Positions 19,067 to 28,836 of a stretch of DNA of 45,790 nt are shown here, piece by piece. The notes under the pieces were generated by a model. It was not told the origin of the DNA, ran no database searches, and worked only from the letters and a program-made list of their open reading frames with translations. Source of the DNA: Nitrospinaceae bacterium (GTDB lineage: Bacteria; Nitrospinota; Nitrospinia; Nitrospinales; VA-1); NCBI GenBank assembly GCA_046754465.1, contig JBHHVU010000023.1, positions 1-45,790 on the forward strand, in the 5' to 3' direction. Positions within the stretch are counted from its first letter, which is position 1; each line of letters opens with the position of its first letter. Made by a program: the position numbers and the translations under genes.

Positions 19067-20260
19067 TTGATCAAACTGCCTGGATCCCGCGGCCCGATGG
19101 CTTTTAACCTACAACACAATACGGCGGATCGTATGGAAATTTCCCCTTATCTGCAGAACCAGCGGGTGGTCCCCAGAAAACGGTCCTCCCTGGGAAAAAT
19201 GTTTTATCTTGTTTTCCTGCTTTCCCTGGGATTGAACCTTTATTTTATTCTTTTGGACAGCCAGGAGCCGAATTCCATGGCGGAAAGTCTGGATGATCCC
19301 CCGGCGTCCGTGGAGTTGGCCGGACTGGAAGGTTCGAGCCCGGTCCCCGTGAACGGGGAGGCGGAGCTTCCCGGGGCGGAAAAGCAGCCGGTCGCGGTGG
19401 GGATCAAGCAGGTCTCCTTCGCGCCTCCGGACTCCTGGTCCGGGAAGGAGATTCGCGCCCTGCATCTGAATATTCGAGGTTCCTTGAGCCACACCGTGTG
19501 CCGGGCCTTGTCCTCCGAGGCGGACTGTGAATTTTTGTCCGCCTACATCAGCCGGTTGCTGGCGTGGTTTTTTGATATCCGAACAGGCATTTGGAAAGGG
19601 GATTCCCTGGACCTGGTGTATGAAAAGAGAGCCGGCGCGGAGCGGTTCAGAGTTTTGAAACTGGTTTACCGGAGTCTCCATTTCCAAAAAACCTTTCACG
19701 CCAACTATTACCGTATCGCCGACTCAGGGCCGGGTTCCTACTTCGATGGGAAGGGCCGGGAAATACCGAAAAGGATCGCGGACCGGTATGCCCCGATAAA
19801 AAACTATATGGAGATCACTTCCCTGCCCGGGGATTTTCGTAAGGGCCCCGTCGGGCACGAGGGCACCGACTTCAAGGCCGAAGTGGGCACCCCCATCTAC
19901 GCCAGTTTTGCAGGCAGGGTGACCCGCACCAACTGGAACCTCCGGTCCAATGGCTACTGCGTGGAGCTGGATCATCCGGCGAAAGGCGTGAAAACGCTTT
20001 ACCTTCATCTGAGCCGGGTACGGGTCCGGCCCGGTCAATTCGTGAAGCAAGGCGAAAACATCGCCGCCTCGGGAAACACGGGGCGCACCTTCGCCCCCCA
20101 CCTGCATTTTGAAATAAAAAACCGCGGGAACCGAAAAATTATTTATAATCCTTTTGAATTTAAATCCATCGAAACCTACAACCGGAAAATCCCCCACGCG
20201 CAATGGGATAACTACCAAAAGACGGTGAGCCGATACGGCTCCTTCCTGCGGAAAAGCTGA
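19067..20260 (+). CDS. M23 family metallopeptidase
   Basis: HEGTDF, YLHLS and SGNTG..PHLHFE; N-terminal TM helix. The start could be at 19097 or 19133. Confidence 0.9.
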   Translation: MIKLPGSRGPMAFNLQHNTADRMEISPYLQNQRVVPRKRSSLGKMFYLVFLLSLGLNLYFILLDSQEPNSMAESLDDPPASVELAGLEGSSPVPVNGEAELPGAEKQPVAVGIKQVSFAPPDSWSGKEIRALHLNIRGSLSHTVCRALSSEADCEFLSAYISRLLAWFFDIRTGIWKGDSLDLVYEKRAGAERFRVLKLVYRSLHFQKTFHANYYRIADSGPGSYFDGKGREIPKRIADRYAPIKNYMEITSLPGDFRKGPVGHEGTDFKAEVGTPIYASFAGRVTRTNWNLRSNGYCVELDHPAKGVKTLYLHLSRVRVRPGQFVKQGENIAASGNTGRTFAPHLHFEIKNRGNRKIIYNPFEFKSIETYNRKIPHAQWDNYQKTVSRYGSFLRKS

Positions 20261-20340
20261 CGCCGGATGCCGGGGAATCCCGTACCGTTTCTTCCTCTCG
20301 CGGGGAAAGAGGGGGGATCTTCATTTTTTCTCGATGAGGC

Positions 20341-21075
20341 ATGATGTCGCCGTCCGCGGTCAAGGCAAAGCGCCGAAAAAGCAAACGAATAATCCGCATC
20401 CGGCTCGGGAAGATCGTATTTGATCTGATCTTGATCTTTCTCGCGATCACGGTACTTCCGGTACTCCTTTACGGGCTGACCAATCCCTCAACCTCCGCCC
20501 TCATGTGGATCCGCTGGGCCGAAAACGATTACAAGCCGGAATATCCCCGTTTCGTCGATCATTGGATTCCTTTGAAACGGATTTCACCCCATCTCATCAA
20601 AGCGGTGATTTCGGCGGAGGACCAGAAGTTTTTCCAACACCATGGATTCGACTGGAAGGCGATTGAATCGGCCCTCAAGGCCAATCTCACTTCCCGGCGG
20701 ACCCTTGGCGCGAGCACCATATCCATGCAAACCTCCCGCAATGTATTTCTTTGGCAGGGACGGAACTGGCCCAGGAAATTGCTGGAATCTTATTTTACGG
20801 TGCTGATAGAAAGTTTATGGTCCAAGGCGCGCATCCTTGAAATTTATTTGAACATCATTGAATGGGGTACCGGGATTTATGGCTGCGAGGGGGCCTCACG
20901 AGCCTATTTCCACCACTCGGCGGCAACCCTCTCCCCGGTGGAGGCGGCCTGGATGGCGGCGATCCTTCCCAATCCCCGCGACTGGTCTATCCGGAAACCT
21001 CAAAAACACGTTGAGGAGAGGCAGGCAAGAATTTTAAAAACCATGAGAACGGCTCCTTTGCCGCGTTGGCGATGA
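20341..21075 (+). CDS. mtgA: Monofunctional peptidoglycan transglycosylase
   Basis: AEDQKF..HHGFD, GASTISMQ, RKLLE, ILEIYLN.IEWG and LPNP. Confidence 0.93.
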   Translation: MMSPSAVKAKRRKSKRIIRIRLGKIVFDLILIFLAITVLPVLLYGLTNPSTSALMWIRWAENDYKPEYPRFVDHWIPLKRISPHLIKAVISAEDQKFFQHHGFDWKAIESALKANLTSRRTLGASTISMQTSRNVFLWQGRNWPRKLLESYFTVLIESLWSKARILEIYLNIIEWGTGIYGCEGASRAYFHHSAATLSPVEAAWMAAILPNPRDWSIRKPQKHVEERQARILKTMRTAPLPRWR

Positions 21076-21135
21076 TTCCGGCGGGGCTTCATCCGTCCGG
21101 TCCTTTTCACCCGCGGTTCCTCCTTGTGTGCAAGA

Positions 21136-22338
21136 ATGGTCATCACCCTCCAGGTATCCAAAACCCTCCAGGCAAAAATCCGCAAGGGGTGCCCCTGGGT
21201 TTTTTCCTATCAGCTCCAGAACCCCGGGGTCACGGGTTCCCCCGGCGATTTGGGGGTGATTTATGATTCCAGTAAGAAATTTTTGGCGATTGGATTTTAC
21301 GATCCTTTTTCAGACCTGCGATTGCGAATCCTGCAAACCGGCGCCCCGGTTGAAATCGGCGAAGACTTTTTCCGCCGCCGGCTGGCGGAAGCCGTAAAAC
21401 TCCGGCAATCCCTGGAACTCCACGGAACCACCGGGTACCGGGTCCTTCACGGAGAAAACGATGGGTTCCCCGGTCTGGTTCTGGACCGCTATGAGGACAC
21501 TCTGGTCCTGAAACTCTATACCATTTCCTGGGCACCCTATCTGGAATGCCTGCTGGGATTGATCCAGGAGGTCCTTCCCGTTCACCGGTGCGTTCTGCGA
21601 TTGAGCCGCAATGCCAGAAAACCGGTGGAAACGCATACTCGTCTCCGGGATGGCCAGGCCTTGCTGGGTGCCCTGCCGGATTCACCGGTGCGGTTCCGGG
21701 AAAACGGACTCCGGTTTGAAGCGGATGTGCTCCACGGGCAAAAGACCGGGTTCTTTCTGGACCAGAGAGAAAACCGGCAACGCGTCCGCACCCTGTCACG
21801 GGACAGGTCCGTCCTGAACGTATTCAGCTACACCGGCGGATTTTCCGTTTATGCCTTGGCGGGAAGGTGCCGGTCGGTTCTGGAAATCGATTCCAATCCA
21901 CACGCGCTAAAGGCATCGCTAAAAAATATTCGCCTTAATTTTCAGGACCGGATTCCCGGGTCATCCGATTGGAGACAACTCCATGGAGACGCGTTCCGGT
22001 TATTGGACAAGCTGGGCGGGGTGGGAGAAACCTTCGACATGGTTCTTCTGGATCCCCCGGCCTTCGCGGGAAAAAAGAAACAAAAGGCCAGGGCGGTCGA
22101 TGCTTACCGGCGGCTCGCGGCCGCCGGGGCGGGATTGGTCCGGCCGGAAGGAGTTTTGTTCGCGGCTTCCTGTTCGGTGCATGTTTCCCCGGACGATTTT
22201 TTCCACGCCGTGTTATCCGGAATTCATTCGGCGGGCAAGACGGGCCGGGAATTTCTGCGGACGGGGCACTCGGTGGATCATCCCGTCTCTTTTCAAGAAG
22301 GGGGTTACCTCAAGGCCATCTATCTGCGAATCTTTTAG
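21136..22338 (+). CDS. rlmI: 23S rRNA m5C1962-type SAM methyltransferase (RlmI family)
   Basis: PWVF, GENDGFPGLVLDRY, GQKTGFFLDQRENR, VLNVFSYTGGF, LDPPAF and YLK. Confidence 0.85.
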   Translation: MVITLQVSKTLQAKIRKGCPWVFSYQLQNPGVTGSPGDLGVIYDSSKKFLAIGFYDPFSDLRLRILQTGAPVEIGEDFFRRRLAEAVKLRQSLELHGTTGYRVLHGENDGFPGLVLDRYEDTLVLKLYTISWAPYLECLLGLIQEVLPVHRCVLRLSRNARKPVETHTRLRDGQALLGALPDSPVRFRENGLRFEADVLHGQKTGFFLDQRENRQRVRTLSRDRSVLNVFSYTGGFSVYALAGRCRSVLEIDSNPHALKASLKNIRLNFQDRIPGSSDWRQLHGDAFRLLDKLGGVGETFDMVLLDPPAFAGKKKQKARAVDAYRRLAAAGAGLVRPEGVLFAASCSVHVSPDDFFHAVLSGIHSAGKTGREFLRTGHSVDHPVSFQEGGYLKAIYLRIF

Positions 22339-22532
22339 AAACAGGAAAACGGACAAGGGGGTTTAAAAAATGGGGGAAGGGGTGCACCGATGATTGTAAC
22401 GGGGAATTTTCTGGGCGCTGAAACAAATTGAATCGAAGGGGATTGTTAAAAAGAGGCTGATTGAATAATAAGGTTGAACTTTCCAGCAAAGATAAATTCC
22501 CGTTGCTCCCGGTTCTTTCCGGATGCAACGGG

Positions 22533-22742
22533 TTATGCTTTTTTCTTTGCGGCTTTCTTTTTTGTAGCCTTTTTCTTGGTCGCTTTTTTCTTTGTTGCTT
22601 TTTTCTTTGTTGCTTTTTTCTTTGTCGCTTTCTTTTTTGTTACTTTCTTTTTTACGGCTTTTTTCTTTGTCGCTTTCTTTTTTGTTACTTTCTTTTTTGC
22701 AGCTTTTTTCTTGGTTGCCTTTTTAGCTTTTTTCTTGGTTGC
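22533..22742. repeat. Imperfect 15-bp coding tandem repeat
   Basis: Units such as TTTCTTTGTTGCTTT and TTTTTTGTTACTTTC repeat throughout the gene. Confidence 0.85.
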
Positions 22743-22745
22743 CAT
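22533..22745 (-). CDS. Histone H1-like Lys/Ala-rich basic protein (KKKAT pentapeptide repeats)
   Basis: SD AGGAGA before ATG 22745, upstream sigma70 promoter, and an uninterrupted KKK(A/V)(T/A/V) repeat with synonymous codon variation. Confidence 0.8.
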   Translation of the reverse strand: MATKKKAKKATKKKAAKKKVTKKKATKKKAVKKKVTKKKATKKKATKKKATKKKATKKKATKKKAAKKKA

Positions 22746-22814
22746 CAAGATCTCCTTTTCACCTCTTTATCCCCAAAGAGGCATTTGCTTCAGCGCCCAA
22801 ATGATTGTTTAATT

Positions 22815-22842
22815 ATTCTATGATATACGCATTTAAAGTCAA
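22815..22842 (-). promoter_or_regulatory. Sigma70-type promoter for the H1-like gene
   Basis: Minus strand TTGACT-16 nt-TAGAAT. Confidence 0.6.
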
Positions 22843-23064
22843 GCAAATATTGACAAAAAAACTAACGGTTTAACAAGAATTCATTCCAGTTTTGGCGTGT
22901 TAAAAAAAACGAGCATGGATGAAAAAATGGATGCGGCGGAAACCCCTGCTGGGACTGGACGAACGCGGGGATTGATTTTTCGTCTAAGGAATGGAATAAA
23001 ATAAAATAGTGATGGGTGTTTTGTGAGATAAAAAATTTTTTTAAAAATTTAAAACAAGGAACTC

Positions 23065-23847
23065 GTGAACGCTGGCATTCATTCGCTTTTCATCGATCTT
23101 TTGAAAAAAAAATCCGGACTCGTTCATGCCTTCAGTTCGAGGCACCGCGGCAAGGAGAATGGGGAAAAAGAGGAATTGGTTTTTTCAAGGCAACCGCAAT
23201 CGGATGTGGAACGTCGGCACAGGCGATGGTTCCTCCGCTCTATCGGCATCGATGACGAGGAAGTGTTTCTTCCCCGGCAGGTTCACGGCGACCGCGTTTA
23301 TGTCTTGAAGGATCCCATGGATTCGCCCGAACAGGTCGCCTCGGTGGAAGCCGATGCGCTCGTCACCCATTTACTCAACCGGCCCATCGGTGTCTTGACT
23401 GCGGATTGCGTTCCCATCGTTTTGTATGATTCCCGGCTTCATGTCGCCGGGGTGATCCACGCGGGACGGAAGGGTACGTCGAAAAATATTTTTTCCAAAA
23501 CGATCGCGGCCCTGCATAAGGAATACGGAAGCCGAGTGGAACATATTTTCGCCGGCATGGGTCCTGCCATCGGAGGCTGTTGTTACGAGGTGGATGAGGC
23601 TTGCGTGGAACCCTTTCGTAAAAATTATCCACAATGGCAGAAATTCGCGGCCCCGTCGTCCGGTAAAAAATTCATGCTCGACCTGTTCCAGGCGAATGAA
23701 GAAGACGCCAGGGCCGCGGGCTTGAATCCCCACCACCTCGCCCGGCTGGGCCTTTGCACTTCCTGTGAAAATCACCGGTTCTATTCCTATCGCCGGGAGG
23801 GCTCCGCCGGAAGAATGATGTCCGTGGCCATGTTGCGTTCCCTTTGA
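23065..23847 (+). CDS. pgeF: Peptidoglycan editing factor PgeF / YfiH
   Basis: QVHG, ADALVT, LTADCVP, HAGRKG, GPAIG and FYSYRR. Confidence 0.93.
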   Translation: MNAGIHSLFIDLLKKKSGLVHAFSSRHRGKENGEKEELVFSRQPQSDVERRHRRWFLRSIGIDDEEVFLPRQVHGDRVYVLKDPMDSPEQVASVEADALVTHLLNRPIGVLTADCVPIVLYDSRLHVAGVIHAGRKGTSKNIFSKTIAALHKEYGSRVEHIFAGMGPAIGGCCYEVDEACVEPFRKNYPQWQKFAAPSSGKKFMLDLFQANEEDARAAGLNPHHLARLGLCTSCENHRFYSYRREGSAGRMMSVAMLRSL

Positions 23848-24088
23848 ACCTTTCTCATTCCTTTCCCGCCCGGGACACCGGCGCCCCGGTTGAATGCCCT
23901 GCCAATTGAGATTATAATAGCTTCAGGTTTCCAGAATATGATTCGTTCCTCCAAAACCGATCCTGGCTTTTCCAGGCATCCTGCTTTTATTCGGAAGGCG
24001 GGCGAATTTTTTTATTCCCGCCCCCCGGCGAAGGTAGACAGAATTCCATGCCCGGGAGAATTCATTGCCGGAGTGTTGACCTGAATCC

Positions 24089-25879
24089 ATGAATCCTAAA
24101 GAACCATCCCTCGAGAGACTTCCGGACGCCGGCCTGCCGTTCCCCGCCGCCTGGATTGATTCGGACCCGCGCAAAGTCGAAGCGATTTTTTCCGAAATGC
24201 CGGTGGAGGATCAGGCGCGCCTGGTGATGCGGCTGGAAGGGGCCCAACGTCAAAAACTTCTCCTCCTTTCCAGGAACTCCGTTCAGGTCACGCGAGCTTT
24301 GCCGCCAGAGGATGTTTATCTGATGATCAAGGAATTGGGCGATTCATCTGCTCTCTCCGTCTTGTCCATGATGTCCGAGGAACAGGTGCAGTTCGTGTTT
24401 GATGTGGAATGGTGGGATGGGGACCGGTTTGTCCCCAAACGGGCTCTGGAATGGTTAACGCGCCTGGACCAATGCGACGAACCTCAGGTTCTGAACTGGT
24501 TGGGGACCGAGGAATTCGATCAGAAGGTAATGGTGTTTCAATCCTTCATCAAAGTTTTTAAATACGATGAAATGACCGATTCCTTCGAGAACACGGAAGG
24601 GCTCCCCCATTTCTCTCCCGACGGCGTGTATGAAATTTTCTTTAAAGTGAGGGCGTACGATCCGATCAAAAAAATCCTTTTGCTTCTGCATTCGGAAGAC
24701 CCTTCCCTGTTTATGTCCTTGATGGAGGCGGTGATCTGGTATCCCTTGACACAGACCGTGGAAAAGGCCTGGAGGTGGCGGCTCGTTCGGACGTCCGCCC
24801 GGGGCATACCCGAGTTTGAAGAGGCCTTCGAGGTATATAGCCGCGTGGACCCCTCTGCTCTCCAACTAGGGGGTCCTTCGCCGGAGGATTTTATGGAAAA
24901 AGGGGAATCGCGGCTCCCTCCGCAATATCCCCTGACGCATTACGATTCTTCAACGTTCTTTGGCCGGTGCATGGCCCGATTACAGGACACCACCCGGATG
25001 GACGCCATCCGGTGGGAACTGGCGGTGCTTTTCAATAAGGTGCTGGTCGCCGACCGGCTCGATCCCTCCAGCTTGGAGGATAGGAACCGGATCGTTAAAA
25101 AAGTCCTGGGATACTGTAATATCGGATTGGAAACGAGTGCCGGGGGAGATGTGTTGAAGGGCGCGAAACTTTTGCAACGGACCTGGTTGCAGTTTTTATT
25201 CCAGGCCGGGTATCACCAGGTCATGAAATTAAAATGGAAGGCGGAAACATTCCTCAATGATGCCGGCCCGCTTTTGAAATATCTCACCGCCCAGGGCGAT
25301 CAAGACCAATTGGTGGCCCTGATCGGGCGCTTCCCCCAGGTGGGGGAATTCATGATGCCAGGGGAACCTTTGCAATGGCGTGATTTCGAATCGGTCGGGG
25401 ATGTTCAAAAAATCGAAACGTATTTGCGGCGCTGGGCCTTTTATTTGAGGTTTGCCAAAAAGGGGTTGGAACTTTCGGAAACGAAAATTGACCGCTTTCT
25501 GAACGAATGCAATTTTCCCGAAAATAAGGAGGATGTGAATTTGCTCGGTTGGGTGACGATGGCCCTGGCGCGCTTTACGCTGTTTCAAGAGATTGCCTGC
25601 GAACCCCTGTCCGAGGTCGCGGCAAGGAGTTTTCTGGAGATGATCTTCCTGCAACGAATCTATAAGGATAATGCCGGCACGTGCCGGGAAGAAATTATTC
25701 AGGCGTTTCATCAAAGATTATTGCAAACCGCAATGGCCTGGACCGAGGAGGACCGCCATTTCCTCGCGGGGCTGATCCAGGAGTGTGTGGCCAATCTGGA
25801 ATCCCACTTCGGGAGGCTGAATCCGAAAGGGAAAATCGAATGGAAATTCACCCGCGGGCTTTGCATCCGGGCCGAGTAA
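24089..25879 (+). CDS. Conserved hypothetical protein, DUF6178-like
   Basis: 596-aa ORF with YLMIKELG, FVFDVEWW, WR..R...GIPEFEEA and NIGLE features recalled for DUF6178. The family assignment is unverified. Confidence 0.7.
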   Translation: MNPKEPSLERLPDAGLPFPAAWIDSDPRKVEAIFSEMPVEDQARLVMRLEGAQRQKLLLLSRNSVQVTRALPPEDVYLMIKELGDSSALSVLSMMSEEQVQFVFDVEWWDGDRFVPKRALEWLTRLDQCDEPQVLNWLGTEEFDQKVMVFQSFIKVFKYDEMTDSFENTEGLPHFSPDGVYEIFFKVRAYDPIKKILLLLHSEDPSLFMSLMEAVIWYPLTQTVEKAWRWRLVRTSARGIPEFEEAFEVYSRVDPSALQLGGPSPEDFMEKGESRLPPQYPLTHYDSSTFFGRCMARLQDTTRMDAIRWELAVLFNKVLVADRLDPSSLEDRNRIVKKVLGYCNIGLETSAGGDVLKGAKLLQRTWLQFLFQAGYHQVMKLKWKAETFLNDAGPLLKYLTAQGDQDQLVALIGRFPQVGEFMMPGEPLQWRDFESVGDVQKIETYLRRWAFYLRFAKKGLELSETKIDRFLNECNFPENKEDVNLLGWVTMALARFTLFQEIACEPLSEVAARSFLEMIFLQRIYKDNAGTCREEIIQAFHQRLLQTAMAWTEEDRHFLAGLIQECVANLESHFGRLNPKGKIEWKFTRGLCIRAE

Positions 25880-25974
25880 CTCGGCGAGCCGCCGGTGGAG
25901 TGCCTCCGCTCCCAATTTAAAATGTGTTATATGCTTGACCAGGGTCGAAAGCCGATCCAGCTTTGACCTATTCC

Positions 25975-25999
25975 CCTCCCCCGTGGGGGGCGGTTTTTT
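25975..25999 (+). terminator. Possible intrinsic terminator
   Basis: CCTCCC-ccgt-GGGGGG stem followed by CGGTTTTTT, downstream of the 24089-25879 gene. Confidence 0.45.
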
Positions 26000-26114
26000 A
26001 TTTAAAATAAACAAAAAACCGTGTAACATTCGAAGCCTTAACTCCTTTGCCAGGGGGGGGCGAAAACCCCGCCCCACGAATTAAGGACGTGCATTTAATT
26101 TGTTGAGGTAAGTC

Positions 26115-26294
26115 ATGACCGAGAAAATCCAGTCTCCCCAAAGCATTCCACCCCAACCACCCCGGAAAAACGAGCCCGGGCTGTTTGATTCGATCGGATC
26201 GTTTCCCGTTTGGTTGCTCAAGATAATCGATGCCCTCACTCCCAGCTCCTTGATCAGCAAGACCCCGCCGGAAAAGAAGAAAATTCGCCTTTGA
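26115..26294 (+). CDS. Small 59-aa protein translationally coupled to purH (absent from the ORF track)
   Basis: SD GAGGT, ATG 26115, MTEKIQSPQSIPPQPPRKNEPGLFDSIGSFPVWLLKIIDALTPSSLISKTPPEKKKIRL; the stop TGA overlaps the purH ATG (TGATG). Confidence 0.65.
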   Translation: MTEKIQSPQSIPPQPPRKNEPGLFDSIGSFPVWLLKIIDALTPSSLISKTPPEKKKIRL

Positions 26295-27850
26295 TGAAAA
26301 AAATCACGAGAGCATTGATCAGCGTTTCCGACAAAACAGGGATCGTGGAGTTTTCCCAAAAACTTCATGCCCTGGGGGTGGAGGTATTGTCCACCGGGGG
26401 CACCGCCGATCTGTTGAAGAAAAATGGCGTGCCGGTGATCCCGGTTTCCGATTATACCGGTTTCCCGGAAATGATGGATGGCCGGATCAAGACGCTGCAC
26501 CCCAGGGTGCATGGCGCCATCCTGGGGCGGCGGGATAATGAAGACCACATGCGGGCGATGCGGGACCACGGCATGCACCCCATCGACCTCGTTGTCATCA
26601 ATTTGTATCCGTTTGAAGAGACCATTGCCCGGCAAGGGTGCCCCCTGGAGGAGGCGATCGAGAATATCGATATCGGCGGACCCGCCATGATCCGTTCCGC
26701 CGCGAAAAACTTTAACGATGTGGCGGTGGTGGTGCGTCCCCGGGATTATGAAACGGTTCTCGGGGAAATGGAGAAACACCAGGGGGCGGTGACCCTGCCC
26801 ACCCGCCAACAGTTGAGCCGTGAGGCTTTCGCCTTGACCGCCCGATACGATGCGTTGATCGCGGGATATCTGACGGAACGGCTGGAGGAAGGCGGCGCGT
26901 TTCCCCCGGTGTTCGTGGCACCCTATAAAAAAGTGCAGGACCTGCGTTATGGAGAGAACCCCCACCAGTCCGCTGCGTTGTACGAGAGTCCTCGTCCGCT
27001 TCCCTCGGACATCGTTTCCGCGCGGCAACTGCAGGGGAAGGAGCTTTCCTTCAACAACCTGATCGATTTGAACGCGGCCTGGGAACTGGTGACGGAGTTT
27101 GAATCCGGCGCCGCGGTGATCATCAAGCATACCAACTCCTGCGGCGCCGCCTTGGGAAACGACCAGCGGGAAACCTTCGTTAAAGCCCGGGAGACCGACC
27201 CGCTTTCCGCCTTCGGCGGGATTCTGGGTTTCAATCGGGCCGTCACGGAATCCACCGCCCGGGAAATTCTGAAAAATTTCGTGGAGGCCGTGATTGCTCC
27301 CGGATTCGATCCGAGCGCCTTGGAACTGTTTGCCTCGAAAAAAAATATCCGGCTGTTGGAAATGTCCACGGCCCGTAACCCGTCACCCGGAAAAGAAAGG
27401 GATATCCACCGGATCGGTGGGGGACTTCTGGTGCAGGACCTGGATGGGATCACGTGGGACCCCGCCGGATTGAAGGTCGTTACTCAAAAACAACCGAGTG
27501 AGCAGGAAATGGAAGATTTGCGGTTCGGCTGGATCGTCGCCAAGCACGTCAAATCCAACGCCATCATTTACGCTCGGGATGGAGAAACCGTGGGAATCGG
27601 CGCGGGTCAGATGAGCCGGGTGGATTCGGCAAAACTGGCCGTCGAAAAGGCATGCAAACCCCTTGAAGGGTGTATAATGGCATCGGATGCGTTTTTCCCA
27701 TTTCGGGATTCGGTGGACGCGGCGGCCCAAAGCGGAGTCTCCGCCATCGTACAACCCGGAGGTTCCATCCGCGATGAAGAAGTGATCCAGGCCGCGAACG
27801 AGCATCAAATTGCCATGGTTTTCACGGGAATCCGGCATTTCAAACATTAG
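26294..27850 (+). CDS. purH: Bifunctional AICAR transformylase / IMP cyclohydrolase
   Basis: RALISVSDK, GRIKTLHP, IDIGGP, LRYGENPHQ, KHTN, ASDAFFPF and FTGIRHFKH. Confidence 0.98.
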   Translation: MKKITRALISVSDKTGIVEFSQKLHALGVEVLSTGGTADLLKKNGVPVIPVSDYTGFPEMMDGRIKTLHPRVHGAILGRRDNEDHMRAMRDHGMHPIDLVVINLYPFEETIARQGCPLEEAIENIDIGGPAMIRSAAKNFNDVAVVVRPRDYETVLGEMEKHQGAVTLPTRQQLSREAFALTARYDALIAGYLTERLEEGGAFPPVFVAPYKKVQDLRYGENPHQSAALYESPRPLPSDIVSARQLQGKELSFNNLIDLNAAWELVTEFESGAAVIIKHTNSCGAALGNDQRETFVKARETDPLSAFGGILGFNRAVTESTAREILKNFVEAVIAPGFDPSALELFASKKNIRLLEMSTARNPSPGKERDIHRIGGGLLVQDLDGITWDPAGLKVVTQKQPSEQEMEDLRFGWIVAKHVKSNAIIYARDGETVGIGAGQMSRVDSAKLAVEKACKPLEGCIMASDAFFPFRDSVDAAAQSGVSAIVQPGGSIRDEEVIQAANEHQIAMVFTGIRHFKH

Positions 27851-27960
27851 GCCGGGTTTCCCGTCACTCCCGTTTTACCATTGGAGGATGGTAACATCCT
27901 TCCCCGCCCATGCGATGGGGCGATCTCCCCCACCCCAAACAGGGCGGGGACCCGCGTACC

Positions 27961-28728
27961 ATGAAAATTCCCCGAACGATAAAGGTCATGTTGGCCCTGG
28001 TTTTTCTGCTCCTTATCGGGGCGGGCGCCTATGGCTGGATAGAATTCGGACCCGTTCTGGCCGAACTCCAACCCAAGGATCCCAAAAAATTCGAAAGCAT
28101 GGTTCAGGAAGTCAAGTCGTTCCATTTTCCCACGGCCATTAAACTGTTCCGGGAATTGGAAAACATGACCTATGAGGAAGTCCTTTATCTGCGCTACGAA
28201 ACCTGGAAAAAAAGAAGGGAGTCGGATAAAGATTTCCGGCTGCATGATTGGGACAAGCAGGTGGCCCTGAGAGAGAGTTCCAGGGAATCGCGGTTCAAGC
28301 GGCACCGCCGGCAGTTGGAAGATATAATAAGAATCAATCAGGAAAAAACGGGGAAAGACCTTTCACAGCGCTGGCAAAAAGCCGGGGCCTGGGAAAGGGG
28401 ATTGCTGCTCCGGGAAAAGTGTATCAAATACCTGGAACGGGAGAAGGCGGCGGCCCGGCGCCGCGGGAATGTACGCAACCTTTCCCGCACGGCCCCCCTG
28501 ATGAGCAAACCCGGGAAGGCTTCCTTGAGTGTCCCGGAACTCTGTGAGCGTCTGGTTCCCATTTCCCAGGATGAACAGGTGGTGGAAACCTCCCTGGAGA
28601 ACCTGAAAAATAAAATGAAATATTTCTATTTTGTCCAATTGCTGGATGAAATCGGGATTCCCCGCAAGGATGTCCTCACCTTTCCCTCGAAATTACAGCG
28701 GATGACCGGGGATTTCGCCGATTCCTGA
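27961..28728 (+). CDS. Hypothetical membrane-anchored protein
   Basis: ATG 27961, an N-terminal TM helix, then a charged helical domain. Confidence 0.7.
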   Translation: MKIPRTIKVMLALVFLLLIGAGAYGWIEFGPVLAELQPKDPKKFESMVQEVKSFHFPTAIKLFRELENMTYEEVLYLRYETWKKRRESDKDFRLHDWDKQVALRESSRESRFKRHRRQLEDIIRINQEKTGKDLSQRWQKAGAWERGLLLREKCIKYLEREKAAARRRGNVRNLSRTAPLMSKPGKASLSVPELCERLVPISQDEQVVETSLENLKNKMKYFYFVQLLDEIGIPRKDVLTFPSKLQRMTGDFADS

Positions 28729-28836
28729 TTCACGGCTTCTCTTACCGCACTCCTAACCTCATACCCGCAGACCCTATTATTCCGGAAGCCCCGGTTTCGG
28801 GTGCGCGGCGGGTTTGCGGTTCTTTCACACGGGGGG

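Noticed and set aside
22461..22823. Phe/Cys-rich plus-strand ORFs
   Set aside because: These are antisense shadows of the Lys-rich gene, which has the SD and promoter.
23623..23633. DnaA box TTATCCACA as an oriC marker
   Set aside because: A single copy inside the pgeF coding sequence.
25875..26110. ZTP (pfl) riboswitch upstream of purH
   Set aside because: Only a loose resemblance at the 5' side; the conserved 3' CGCCTGGGC element is absent.
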